Shown piece by piece: positions 45,553 through 55,147 of a stretch of DNA of 64,000 nt. Numbering within the stretch: position 1 is the first letter of the stretch; each line of letters begins with the position of its first letter. A model generated the notes under the pieces. It was not told the DNA's origin, searched no databases, and saw nothing but the letters and a program-made list of their open reading frames with translations. Made by a program: the position numbers and the translations under genes. Source of the stretch: a virus; IMG/VR virus record IMGVR_UViG_3300042478_002320, positions 14,884-78,883 of that record; one strand, 5' to 3'.

Positions 45553-45729
45553 TTAATTGATTAATTCTAATTGACTTTCGTTAAAGATATGTAACAATCC
45601 GTAGTTGTCCATCTCAGCCACAACTCTAATATCACCTTTAGTAGTTTTAAATACTGAAATGATAGTGCATGGAAATGCATAACCTTTAGGTTTAAATGCC
45701 TTATCTCCAACTTTAAAATTACTCTCCAT
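45553..45729 (-). CDS. small SH3-fold protein, R67/DfrB-like pattern (58 aa, not in ORF track)
   Basis: FKVGDKAFKPKGYAFPCTIISVFKT..RVVAE..GLLHIFNESQLELIN. Confidence 0.6.
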   Translation of the reverse strand: MESNFKVGDKAFKPKGYAFPCTIISVFKTTKGDIRVVAEMDNYGLLHIFNESQLELIN

Positions 45730-45734
45730 AGTTA

Positions 45735-45974
45735 TTATTTTTGTTTGTTTATAAAAGTATCATAAGATTCCCAACTAACTTTACCATCATCGTCTCTCAA
45801 TCCTACTAAGCATCTGCCATCTACATCTTTGGCTAATGCAACAAATCCAAATCCCTCACATATCATAGACTTATAGTATCCAATAGATAAGGTGTCGAAC
45901 TCTTCTAAAATATCGAAGTCTCCCTCGAAACCCATATTATTCATTTCACAATATTGTTTGCTAAATTCTGCCAT
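45735..45974 (-). CDS. hypothetical phage protein
   Basis: MAEFSKQYC...ICEGFG. Confidence 0.7.
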   Translation of the reverse strand: MAEFSKQYCEMNNMGFEGDFDILEEFDTLSIGYYKSMICEGFGFVALAKDVDGRCLVGLRDDDGKVSWESYDTFINKQK

Positions 45975-45983
45975 TGTTGTAAC

Positions 45984-46607
45984 TTATTTTAATGTTGAAC
46001 GTAATACCTCATAACACAACTCTTCAGGGATCATACTTCTATCATAAGAATCCTTTCTCCCTTGAGTACCTGTCTTAGAACCTCTTGGGGCAGGTGTATG
46101 ATGACAATCCTTATTCCCATTATGACATATAGGCCTTGGAATCCAATTATTTGAATTTGTCCATATATCTGTAGGTTTAGCTCTATCATCTCCATATCTG
46201 CAATACCATACAGTATGTCTTTTAAACTCCTGCATCCAAGGCATTTTGCGTAACATACCTCTTGGATTTTCAATAAAGAATATCATATTTGGATTTATAT
46301 CTAACCAACTTTTTATTAAAGATATAAAATGCTGATTAGTTATATCACATTGATTGGCATATTCACTTTTAGGATAAACACCATTTCTATGTTTCGATAT
46401 CGCTGCTATTGTATATGTTGTACAATCAGGAGATGCCCAAACTACGTCAGGAATAAAAGGAATATCTTCAATTGCTAAATTAGAAACATCCTTACATAAG
46501 TCAATGTTCTCATATTTTTCCCAATCTACAGAAAACACATTCATTCCTAACTTGTTTCCAACTTTTCCTATTGATCTGCTTCCCGCAAATAATTCAAGCA
46601 AGTTCAT
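45984..46607 (-). CDS. short C5 cytosine DNA methyltransferase-like protein
   Basis: LELFAG (motif I), ASPDC (IV), IENP (VI), KPTDIW. Confidence 0.8.
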   Translation of the reverse strand: MNLLELFAGSRSIGKVGNKLGMNVFSVDWEKYENIDLCKDVSNLAIEDIPFIPDVVWASPDCTTYTIAAISKHRNGVYPKSEYANQCDITNQHFISLIKSWLDINPNMIFFIENPRGMLRKMPWMQEFKRHTVWYCRYGDDRAKPTDIWTNSNNWIPRPICHNGNKDCHHTPAPRGSKTGTQGRKDSYDRSMIPEELCYEVLRSTLK

Positions 46608-47521
46608 ATATTATTTTTAAGTTCTTTAAAAATATGTGCAATAACATCTACTGTCCAACCGTTACCAATCAATTTTTTTGCTCTTGATTCTGAAACATTG
46701 TTAGTAAACCCTTCAGGAATTGTTTGAAGTCTTTCGTACTCTACTAATGAATAATACCTAAATGATAATTTATCTTTAAAGACATTTGCATATCTCCCAA
46801 TGGGGAGGGAAGTTAAAACATTATCTTTATCAACTGTTGTTAGACAATTACTCTTATCTATATTACTTGCTCTAACTTCTAAACATTGCGTATATGGGAT
46901 TTTAGTGTTATAATCTTGCCTAACCCCAAACTCATTTAGCCTTCTACCAAGAATAGTTGCTTTATTTAATTGTCTTCCTCTAAATGCTGCGGGGTTACCG
47001 TTAAGATTAATTTCTAATATGCTATCAAGAGTTATTCCCCTATCATCAGGAAGATTAACACCCGGAATATTAGTCCAATATAACCTAACCCTATTCTGTG
47101 CTGATACCAATGCACTATTTATTTTTATAGGCTCAACTCCCAAACTTTTTGAGATTATATCTTGATATTCTTTCTTCATAACGACATTCTCCAATAAAAA
47201 ATATTTAGGTTTACATTCATTTAGTATCCTAACAAATTCAAAAAAAAGTTTACTCCTTGGATCATTGAAATTAAGTTGTTTTCCTGCAAAGGAAAACCCT
47301 TGACAAGGACTCCCACCAATCAATAAGTCAATCTTTGGTAAAGCACTAACATCAATTTTTGTCACATCACCCAATTGAATTGTGTTGGGGTAATTATGCA
47401 TAGTAACTTGTATAGCATACTTGTCAATTTCAGATGCATAATAATTATCATATTGTATACCAACCCTATTCAATGCAATCTGACCGCAACTAATACCATC
47501 AAATAAACTTAATATGTTCAT
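46604..47521 (-). CDS. C5 cytosine DNA methyltransferase (paralog 5)
   Basis: SLFDG, GGSPCQ, LENV, Q.R.R.YW, GNGW. Confidence 0.95.
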   Translation of the reverse strand: MNILSLFDGISCGQIALNRVGIQYDNYYASEIDKYAIQVTMHNYPNTIQLGDVTKIDVSALPKIDLLIGGSPCQGFSFAGKQLNFNDPRSKLFFEFVRILNECKPKYFLLENVVMKKEYQDIISKSLGVEPIKINSALVSAQNRVRLYWTNIPGVNLPDDRGITLDSILEINLNGNPAAFRGRQLNKATILGRRLNEFGVRQDYNTKIPYTQCLEVRASNIDKSNCLTTVDKDNVLTSLPIGRYANVFKDKLSFRYYSLVEYERLQTIPEGFTNNVSESRAKKLIGNGWTVDVIAHIFKELKNNI

Positions 47522-48774
47522 AATTCAATATTTTTTAGTATATGAGCAATAACATCAACTGTCCAGCCATTCCCAAGCATTTTATACCTTTGAGTATTTG
47601 AAACCCCTTCTGTGTAATTGTCAGGAACTGTTTGTAATCTTTCACACTCAATGGGAGTTAATCTGCGTATAAAATTTTTATTTATAATTTTAAAACCATT
47701 AGTTAAACTACTCCTACTCATATGTTGAGTTATAGTACCAATCTTTTTATTATCTATAACTCTACAACTATAACCATCAATTATTTTAAAATCATCATTT
47801 TCAGAATTTAAATAAGTGTTGATATTATCTCTTACTTTTATTTCTCTAATACTATTATGATATACTAAATTGTCTTTATTTGGAGATGTTGTTAATGTAT
47901 TCATTTTTTCAAAATCCAATCCTACAATTTCTTTTTTCTGAAATGGTGTATAATCCTTACCGTTCTTCATATTCTCTCTTCTGATTTGTTTAGCCTCTTC
48001 AGTTCTACCGTATCTGATTGATGCATATTTATAATCAATACTAAAATTATCTGTAAATACATTATCATTTTCTTTATGAATCTGATTATTCTTGTTTAAG
48101 TAGTTTAATATTTTATTACTTACATAGTATTTTTCATCTACATTATCATCCAAAATATCTTTTAATAAAATACCTTTATCTTGAGGCTGCTGAATAACAC
48201 TTTCAAAATTTCCAAATAATCCAATAGGTTTAATTCCTATATTTGTCCAATATAGTCTTCTTCTATTTTGAGCACTTACTAATGAACTATTAATCATTAT
48301 AGGCTTAACACCTATTGCTTTATTTAATACCTCTTCCCAACTTTTTTTCATTTTAACATTCTCAAGTAAGAATTTAACGTTTCGATTAATAGTTCTAAGC
48401 TCATCTAAAATTCTCATATATTCCCAAAATAAATATGATTGTCCATCAAATTGGTATTCTTCTTCTTTAAGTTTTAAATATTGATCTAAATTATGTATTT
48501 CTATATTACTTTTAGTAGACATACCTTTCATTTTTCCTGCAAAGGAAAACCCTTGACAAGGACTCCCACCAATCAACAAATCAATCTTTGGTAAAGTAGT
48601 AGCATCTAATTTTGTCACATCACCCAGTTGTTGGGTATTTGGATAATTTTTTTGTGCTGTCTGTATAGCATATTTATCAATTTCACAAGCAAAATAATTA
48701 TTATACTTAATTCCCAATTTATTCAAGGCAATTTGACCACAAGACATCCCATCAAATAAACTTAATACATTCAT
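47518..48774 (-). CDS. C5 cytosine DNA methyltransferase (paralog 4)
   Basis: same motifs; long TRD. Confidence 0.95.
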   Translation of the reverse strand: MNVLSLFDGMSCGQIALNKLGIKYNNYFACEIDKYAIQTAQKNYPNTQQLGDVTKLDATTLPKIDLLIGGSPCQGFSFAGKMKGMSTKSNIEIHNLDQYLKLKEEEYQFDGQSYLFWEYMRILDELRTINRNVKFLLENVKMKKSWEEVLNKAIGVKPIMINSSLVSAQNRRRLYWTNIGIKPIGLFGNFESVIQQPQDKGILLKDILDDNVDEKYYVSNKILNYLNKNNQIHKENDNVFTDNFSIDYKYASIRYGRTEEAKQIRRENMKNGKDYTPFQKKEIVGLDFEKMNTLTTSPNKDNLVYHNSIREIKVRDNINTYLNSENDDFKIIDGYSCRVIDNKKIGTITQHMSRSSLTNGFKIINKNFIRRLTPIECERLQTVPDNYTEGVSNTQRYKMLGNGWTVDVIAHILKNIEL

Positions 48775-49841
48775 ATTTCAATATTTTTAAATATATGTGC
48801 AATAACATCTACTGTCCACCCATTCCCAAGCATTTTATACCTTTGAGTATTTGATACACTATCAGTATATCCAATAGGCACAGTTTGCAATCTCTCACAA
48901 TGTTCTGATGTTAAAAAAAACATTTCATTTCCATCTGTAATTGTTTTTTTCTGCCCATAACCTGTACTTGTTGTAAGTGTTGGATGCTTTCCATCAATAT
49001 GATAAATTCGTTTTGCCATATCAAATGTATTGTTTTTTATTTCAAATTCTGTAACTGCCTTATCATATTTGCAATCTTCAATACCCAAACATTCTTTTAG
49101 TTTCTCCCAATATTCAACATCAGGTATTGAAAAACTACCATCAGTTCTAAACCAATGTTCTACCATAGTTTTTGGGGCATCACAAAAATTTGCTATTTCA
49201 TTTATGGTTTTTGTTTTATGTTTTCTTAAAAACAAACCAAGTTCTTTTTTATCAATGTAGTTTTTCCTTACACTAACTTTAAAATTTGATTTACTCATCA
49301 ATATTTTATTTTTACGGTCATTTACAATCGGTAGTCCTAAAACATCTGCAATAACTTCATTTGAGTTTGGTAATTCATTCTGAAAGGGAATATTTGTCCA
49401 ATACAATCGTTTTCTCTGCTGTGCTGAAAATAATGAACTGCAAATCTCAATAGGTTTTAAACCCAACTCATTTGATATTATATCTTGCCACTCTTGTTTC
49501 ATTTTAACATTCTCCAAAAGAAAATATTTTGGTTTTGTTTCCTTTAATACTCTAACATATTCCCAAAATAATTTACTCTTCCCATCAAATCCATTTCTTA
49601 AACCTGCGTTGCTGAAACTTTGACAAGGGCTACCCCCAATCAATAAGTCAATCTTTGGTAATGTACTAACATCAATTTTTGTTATATCACCTAACTGAAT
49701 TGTTTTTGGATAATTATGCATAGTAACTTGTATAGCATACTTATCTATTTCAGATGCAAAGTAATTGTCATATTGAATATTAGCTTTATTCAATGCAATT
49801 TGCCCACAACTTATCCCATCAAACAAACTTAATACATTCAT
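48771..49841 (-). CDS. C5 cytosine DNA methyltransferase (paralog 3, HTH-like insert in TRD)
   Basis: same motifs. Confidence 0.95.
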   Translation of the reverse strand: MNVLSLFDGISCGQIALNKANIQYDNYFASEIDKYAIQVTMHNYPKTIQLGDITKIDVSTLPKIDLLIGGSPCQSFSNAGLRNGFDGKSKLFWEYVRVLKETKPKYFLLENVKMKQEWQDIISNELGLKPIEICSSLFSAQQRKRLYWTNIPFQNELPNSNEVIADVLGLPIVNDRKNKILMSKSNFKVSVRKNYIDKKELGLFLRKHKTKTINEIANFCDAPKTMVEHWFRTDGSFSIPDVEYWEKLKECLGIEDCKYDKAVTEFEIKNNTFDMAKRIYHIDGKHPTLTTSTGYGQKKTITDGNEMFFLTSEHCERLQTVPIGYTDSVSNTQRYKMLGNGWTVDVIAHIFKNIEI

Positions 49842-51028
49842 ATTTCAATATTTTTAAATATGTGAGCAATAACATCAACAGTCCAACCGTTACCAAGCAT
49901 CTTATATCTTTGAGTATTTGATACACCTTCTGTGTAATTGTCAGGAACTGTTTGTAATCTCTCACACTCGATTGGAGTTAATTTTCTAATCTTGTACTTA
50001 TCATTTATGTCATCTGTTATTAAAGAATTACCAACCCCGGCACTACCCCCACCATTTGAAGATAAACAAGGTGATTTTCCATCAATTGAATAAATCCTCT
50101 CTCCTTGGGAGAAATTTCTTTGTAAGTTCTTTCCATTATCAAGCCATTTTTTATTATTGCCTAATGCACCAACACATTTTAATTCAGATTCTGAATTATG
50201 TTTATCAATTGTTATAACATAAGGCATAAATGATGGTGTAACTGCAACGAATTTACCCTCATCCAAATAAATCCTATCTTGTAATGATGGTTGTAAATTT
50301 GCAATTCCATTTCTACCTCCTTTTGAATTAATACAGATAGGAATATCTCTAATGTATTGCTGATCTCTTCCTCCCATTTTATAATATCCTGCATGTATTG
50401 TTCCTGACTTATCAGGAATATCACCATCTCTTGTTACTTTATTATTATGTCTAATTAATTTTTCAAATGCTATATTTGATATATAATATTTGCTATCTAC
50501 AGTAGTTTCCAATATATCTTTTAAATATATGTTCTTATCTTTGCATTGTTGAATATTTTTAATATTTGTCCAATATAATCTTACTCTGTTTTGTGCTGAT
50601 ACCAATGCACTATTTATTTTTATAGGCTCAACTCCCAAACTTTTTGAGATTATATCGGAGAATTCTTTTTTCATTTTAACATTTTCAAGTAAAAATTTAA
50701 CGTTTGGATTAATATTTCTAATCTCATTTAGTATTCTAAGAAATTCAAAAAAAAGTTTACTCCTTGGATCATTGAAATTAAGTTGTTTTCCTGCAAAGGA
50801 AAACCCTTGACAAGGGCTACCCCCAATCAATAAGTCAATCTTTGGTAAATTAAATCCATTTATTTTCGTAACATCACCTAATTGAATTGTGTTAGGGTAG
50901 TTTTTATTTGTTACTTCCATAGCATGTTTATCAATCTCACAAGCGAAGTAGTTATTGTAATTAATACCTAATCTATTTAAAGCAATTTGCCCACAAGACA
51001 TTCCATCAAATAAACTTAATATGTTCAT
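49838..51028 (-). CDS. C5 cytosine DNA methyltransferase (paralog 2, possibly multispecific)
   Basis: same motifs; TRD with several repeated sub-modules. Confidence 0.95.
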   Translation of the reverse strand: MNILSLFDGMSCGQIALNRLGINYNNYFACEIDKHAMEVTNKNYPNTIQLGDVTKINGFNLPKIDLLIGGSPCQGFSFAGKQLNFNDPRSKLFFEFLRILNEIRNINPNVKFLLENVKMKKEFSDIISKSLGVEPIKINSALVSAQNRVRLYWTNIKNIQQCKDKNIYLKDILETTVDSKYYISNIAFEKLIRHNNKVTRDGDIPDKSGTIHAGYYKMGGRDQQYIRDIPICINSKGGRNGIANLQPSLQDRIYLDEGKFVAVTPSFMPYVITIDKHNSESELKCVGALGNNKKWLDNGKNLQRNFSQGERIYSIDGKSPCLSSNGGGSAGVGNSLITDDINDKYKIRKLTPIECERLQTVPDNYTEGVSNTQRYKMLGNGWTVDVIAHIFKNIEI

Positions 51029-51840
51029 AATTCAATATTTTTTAATATATGTGCAATAACATCAACTGTCCAACCGTTACCCAACATCTTATATCTTTGA
51101 GTGTTTGATGCACTTTTTGTATAACCAATAGGTACAGTTTGTAGTTTTTCGCATTCTGTAGGAGAAAGCATTCTATGAGCTTCTCTATCATTGTCTAAAA
51201 AACTTTCTCTAATACTAATTGTAGGTCTACCGCTACCTCGTATACCTTTATAATAGGTAGCTGTTAATGTATTAAATATATCTCTACGTTTGAAAAATCT
51301 ATTTATTCCACAAGATGTTGGAAATCCTTCGCCATCTATAAAGTCATATATATTATAATTTTTTTGTTCAGGTTGTTCTACATTTGGTATATTTGTCCAA
51401 TACAATCGTCTTCTTGCTTGAGGTACAAACTTAGCACTCGAAATTTCAATTGGTTTAACATTTAATGATTCAGTAATTATATCCTCCCATTCTTTTTTCA
51501 TAATTACATTTTCAAGTAGAAAATAAGTAGGTTGTATGTTTTTCAAAACTTTTACATATTCCCAAAACAAACCACTTTTACCATCAAAACCACTGTTATC
51601 TCCTGCTTTGCTAAAACTTTGACAAGGACTACCTCCCATCAGTAAATCAATTTTTGGTAATGTTGATAAATCTATTTTTGTAATATCACCTAATTGAATT
51701 GTTTTAGGATAATTATCTTGTGTTACATCCATAGCATGTTTATCTATTTCTGATGCAAAGTAATTATTATACTGTATACCCACCTTATTCAAGGCAATTT
51801 GACCGCAACTCATACCATCAAATAAACTTAATACGTTCAT
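51025..51840 (-). CDS. C5 cytosine DNA methyltransferase (paralog 1, short TRD)
   Basis: same motifs. Confidence 0.95.
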   Translation of the reverse strand: MNVLSLFDGMSCGQIALNKVGIQYNNYFASEIDKHAMDVTQDNYPKTIQLGDITKIDLSTLPKIDLLMGGSPCQSFSKAGDNSGFDGKSGLFWEYVKVLKNIQPTYFLLENVIMKKEWEDIITESLNVKPIEISSAKFVPQARRRLYWTNIPNVEQPEQKNYNIYDFIDGEGFPTSCGINRFFKRRDIFNTLTATYYKGIRGSGRPTISIRESFLDNDREAHRMLSPTECEKLQTVPIGYTKSASNTQRYKMLGNGWTVDVIAHILKNIEL

Positions 51841-51864
51841 ATGTTTTTATTATTTGAATATAAC

Positions 51865-53004
51865 TTAATGTGAATCTCCTACATTATGTTTCTCACTGAA
51901 GATAAGATATTCAGGATTTATTATCTTCGCTACTCTATCTCTTGATCCGCTTATACATTTAACAACAATACCTTCATGAGGAATCTTCTTACCCTTCGGA
52001 AGATTTTCAATATAATTGTTTAAGATAAATGTCTTACATATGTCTTCTAAATATAAACCCTCATACAATACTTCAACAGTTGGTAAATCTACTTCATTAC
52101 AGAATTCAGATACGAAATCTGATCCTACATAATTATTTCCAATCATAATATCAAACACAGCGAATCTTACATCATTCAGTCCATAGTCATAACCTTTTTG
52201 GATACCCATTCCGTAGATCTCCCCATATATAGTAATGCCCTCCCCAAATGTATCTTCTACTGAAAGATACTTAAAGCTATTAACATAGTTAATGAGTTTA
52301 TTCTTAATATCATATTTATTAGCTATATCATACCAAACATTGGTATCGTAAAATCCCTGAGAGTCAGATCCCTTTTCTACATTGTGAGATCCTACTACAA
52401 ATTCATATCCTGCTAATTTAAATCCAAAGAATTTCTTAATTCTATCTAAGATGCTTAACTTAGATTTTCTAACAACTCCGAACCTTGCATTTGTTCCATG
52501 AATTTTTCTCGTTATTTGAACTAAGCTATCCTCATCAAACATGTTTGGAACATTTTTGAAATTTGGAAATTTGTAATATATTTTAAAGTTCGGATTTACA
52601 TCGTATTTAAAAGTCTTTCCATTAGATAATCTAATCATCTTAGCAGGTGGCTCATACTTCTGTATGTTTAGTATATCCATACAATCATCCCCATCTTTTA
52701 AATTGTGATCAGATACAAAATTTATAGGAATTATTAAACATTCAGAATATACACCTTTGAGTTTTACAGTCCTTACTCTATTTCCGTTTCTTAGATAGTT
52801 TTGTATTCCTAACTCAGTTGCTAATTCTGTAGGGATTACTGCATCTGTAGTGGCACATACTACTAAATCTCCTACTGTATGTAATCCTTTTTTAGTAACA
52901 CAACTCCACCCTTGAATCATAACTTGCTCAATGTTGTCGGCTCCCTCGATTTTTTTAATCTCAGTAACTTTTGAGATATAACAAACACTATTAATGTTTT
53001 TCAT
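51865..53004 (-). CDS. RNA ligase, DRB0094 family
   Basis: N-terminal IEGADNIE OB-like domain; KIHGTN (motif I), YGEIYG, FAVFDI, EGIVVK, KIIN. Confidence 0.9.
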   Translation of the reverse strand: MKNINSVCYISKVTEIKKIEGADNIEQVMIQGWSCVTKKGLHTVGDLVVCATTDAVIPTELATELGIQNYLRNGNRVRTVKLKGVYSECLIIPINFVSDHNLKDGDDCMDILNIQKYEPPAKMIRLSNGKTFKYDVNPNFKIYYKFPNFKNVPNMFDEDSLVQITRKIHGTNARFGVVRKSKLSILDRIKKFFGFKLAGYEFVVGSHNVEKGSDSQGFYDTNVWYDIANKYDIKNKLINYVNSFKYLSVEDTFGEGITIYGEIYGMGIQKGYDYGLNDVRFAVFDIMIGNNYVGSDFVSEFCNEVDLPTVEVLYEGLYLEDICKTFILNNYIENLPKGKKIPHEGIVVKCISGSRDRVAKIINPEYLIFSEKHNVGDSH

Positions 53005-53031
53005 AATTAAAACTTTTTTGTGGTTAAAAAT

Positions 53032-53271
53032 TTATTGTTCTGCAAAGATATCTAATTTTTTCTTATTGTGGTAATAATTCCTACTATATTCTTTAAGTTT
53101 TTCTTTATTCTCTTGATAATACTGCTTCTGCTTGTTTCCTATCTCAACTTTTTGCTTAATAGGTAACTTATGATATCTTTCTAAAGACTTACGACTACGT
53201 TCAACTCTTCGATCTTCTGTTAGATTTTGATACCAACGTTTTAAATATTCTTGTCTGCTAATAGTTTCCAT
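53032..53271 (-). CDS. small basic helical protein
   Basis: KQYYQENKEKLKEYSRNYY-type repeats. Confidence 0.55.
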   Translation of the reverse strand: METISRQEYLKRWYQNLTEDRRVERSRKSLERYHKLPIKQKVEIGNKQKQYYQENKEKLKEYSRNYYHNKKKLDIFAEQ

Positions 53272-53272
53272 A

Positions 53273-53830
53273 TTAGTAAGCTTCTAAATGTGGGTTAATC
53301 AAATTTTCTAATTTGGTTAATTCATCATTTATCTCTTGAGTGAAATATCCGTAAACTCTCAGTGTACCATACTTTATTTTTATGTCAGTTATTAATAATC
53401 CTCCTGTAAGATATCTAAGAGCAGCCGACAAGTGCATGTCTCTACATCTTACTATTGAATTATCATTAGCAAATAAATGGAGAAGATTCAAAACAAATGC
53501 AGGACACCACCATGGTTTAGCTTTCTTTGCGACAAACTTTATAAAGTCTTCTAAGTATCCATGTAAATCAGTACCCTCTTTAAACACATTCCAAGAAATA
53601 CCTAAGTAGTGATACTTCTCTTCTCTGTGGTTGGAGAAGCATAATAGGATATCTTTGAAAGAAATAGGAGGAAACCTGTACCGTTGGCTCTTGCTTGACA
53701 TCGAACCATACTTCTTTTCCAATTGATATAATCCTATTTTATAAGATATGTATGATTTAATGTAATGGAACAGTATTATTGCAGGGATATATCCAATTAC
53801 GATAATTAATAAAATAGTTAAAATGTACAT
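53273..53830 (-). CDS. hypothetical protein with N-terminal TM
   Basis: 185 aa; DIKIKYGTLRVY. Confidence 0.65.
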   Translation of the reverse strand: MYILTILLIIVIGYIPAIILFHYIKSYISYKIGLYQLEKKYGSMSSKSQRYRFPPISFKDILLCFSNHREEKYHYLGISWNVFKEGTDLHGYLEDFIKFVAKKAKPWWCPAFVLNLLHLFANDNSIVRCRDMHLSAALRYLTGGLLITDIKIKYGTLRVYGYFTQEINDELTKLENLINPHLEAY

Positions 53831-53923
53831 AACAGTGAATTTAGGTTTGTGAATTTATTATAATATTTTACTTTTAATACAGTATCACATAACCATTGGT
53901 TAGGTAAAATTGTTTTATTTAAA

Positions 53924-54556
53924 TTAAAAAGCCAACGAACTCTGCAAATTTTTTAAATTTGTAAAAGATTTTGACCATTGATCTGCCATAGCATCTGCCA
54001 TTCCTTGAAATGTCTTACTTCTCATTTTGCTTTTATCAGCATTCTTTAATTTGTAGCTATCGTAATGCCATTTGCTTAATCTATCTCCCGCAGGTGTTAT
54101 TATCAATTCAGGCTCTACAATATTTGTAGGTAAGAGTAATGGCAAATTTTTCAGCCATAAGCAAGTAGTTTTTCTTTCAGCATCTCCAAACATATATGGC
54201 TGTATAATTTGGTCGGGCTTTCTATAAACTCTACTCATTATACAAATAGGGTTTTCAACTGCAATTCTTTCAATAGGTGCATTTATCATTGCCATAAAAA
54301 AATCGATAGCTTCCTGTTGCCTACCATCTTCTATCTTTTGTTTAAAATGTCTTGCCCCACTAACTGCAATATGCGTACAAGGTGGATGTGCTATCATCAT
54401 ATCCCAACCATCATTTATAATATCAAAAACACTTCCTTGATAATGTTTGCCAATTGTTCTACTTGGTTGTAAATCGCAACTCATTGCATCGTGTCCTAAT
54501 TTTGTAAAAGCATCTCTTACTGTTCCACTTTCTTCACAAGCTATTAATATTTTCAT
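53924..54556 (-). CDS. phage DNA cytosine methyltransferase-like protein
   Basis: ILIACEESG, AHPPCT, VENP, K.TCLW, RSKTF.G.A.AMA.QW. Confidence 0.8.
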   Translation of the reverse strand: MKILIACEESGTVRDAFTKLGHDAMSCDLQPSRTIGKHYQGSVFDIINDGWDMMIAHPPCTHIAVSGARHFKQKIEDGRQQEAIDFFMAMINAPIERIAVENPICIMSRVYRKPDQIIQPYMFGDAERKTTCLWLKNLPLLLPTNIVEPELIITPAGDRLSKWHYDSYKLKNADKSKMRSKTFQGMADAMADQWSKSFTNLKNLQSSLAF

Positions 54557-54586
54557 AATTATATTTTTCTAAATGTTTATACGAGT

Positions 54587-54901
54587 TTAAAGTTTATTTT
54601 TACACTCCTCAAGCAATTCTAATATAACATCTCCATGACATGCGTAAGGTTTACACCAACATCCTAATGTTTTACCTTTCAAGTTATCTAAATGATCTAA
54701 AAGATATTTCCCCTCCCCATTAGTAATCCACTCTCTATAAGCTTCTACAGCTTCTTCTCTCGTATCTACTACATACTTAGCAAGTGTTTTCCCATCTTTT
54801 ATGTGAGTGAAGGGATTACCCCATTTACTCGGTCTTCCAATGTACACATCGTATATTTCTTTTTTACAATGTACTACTTTAAGTTCAGATTTTAATATCA
54901 T
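54587..54901 (-). CDS. DUF4326 family protein
   Basis: DVYIGRPSKWGNPF...LGCWCKP..CHGD. Confidence 0.85.
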   Translation of the reverse strand: MILKSELKVVHCKKEIYDVYIGRPSKWGNPFTHIKDGKTLAKYVVDTREEAVEAYREWITNGEGKYLLDHLDNLKGKTLGCWCKPYACHGDVILELLEECKNKL

Positions 54902-55137
54902 TGCTTATCTATATTTCGTACTGCCTTTATAATATTATCCACTTGCTCTAAAGTGCTATATCTAATAGGCTTCTCACAATCTAAAAAAGAAACAGACCAT
55001 TCTCCATCAACAACTTCATCGCTACACTCATTTGTTATCAATGTAACGCAGTCTACAATATCACAAACATAATAATGGGCATTATCATCGGTAAATTCTT
55101 TTTCAAATCCCAATGCTTCAAAATCTTGTTCTTTCAT
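54898..55137 (-). CDS. hypothetical protein
   Basis: 79 aa ORF. Confidence 0.65.
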   Translation of the reverse strand: MKEQDFEALGFEKEFTDDNAHYYVCDIVDCVTLITNECSDEVVDGEWSVSFLDCEKPIRYSTLEQVDNIIKAVRNIDKQ

Positions 55138-55147
55138 AATTTTTTAT

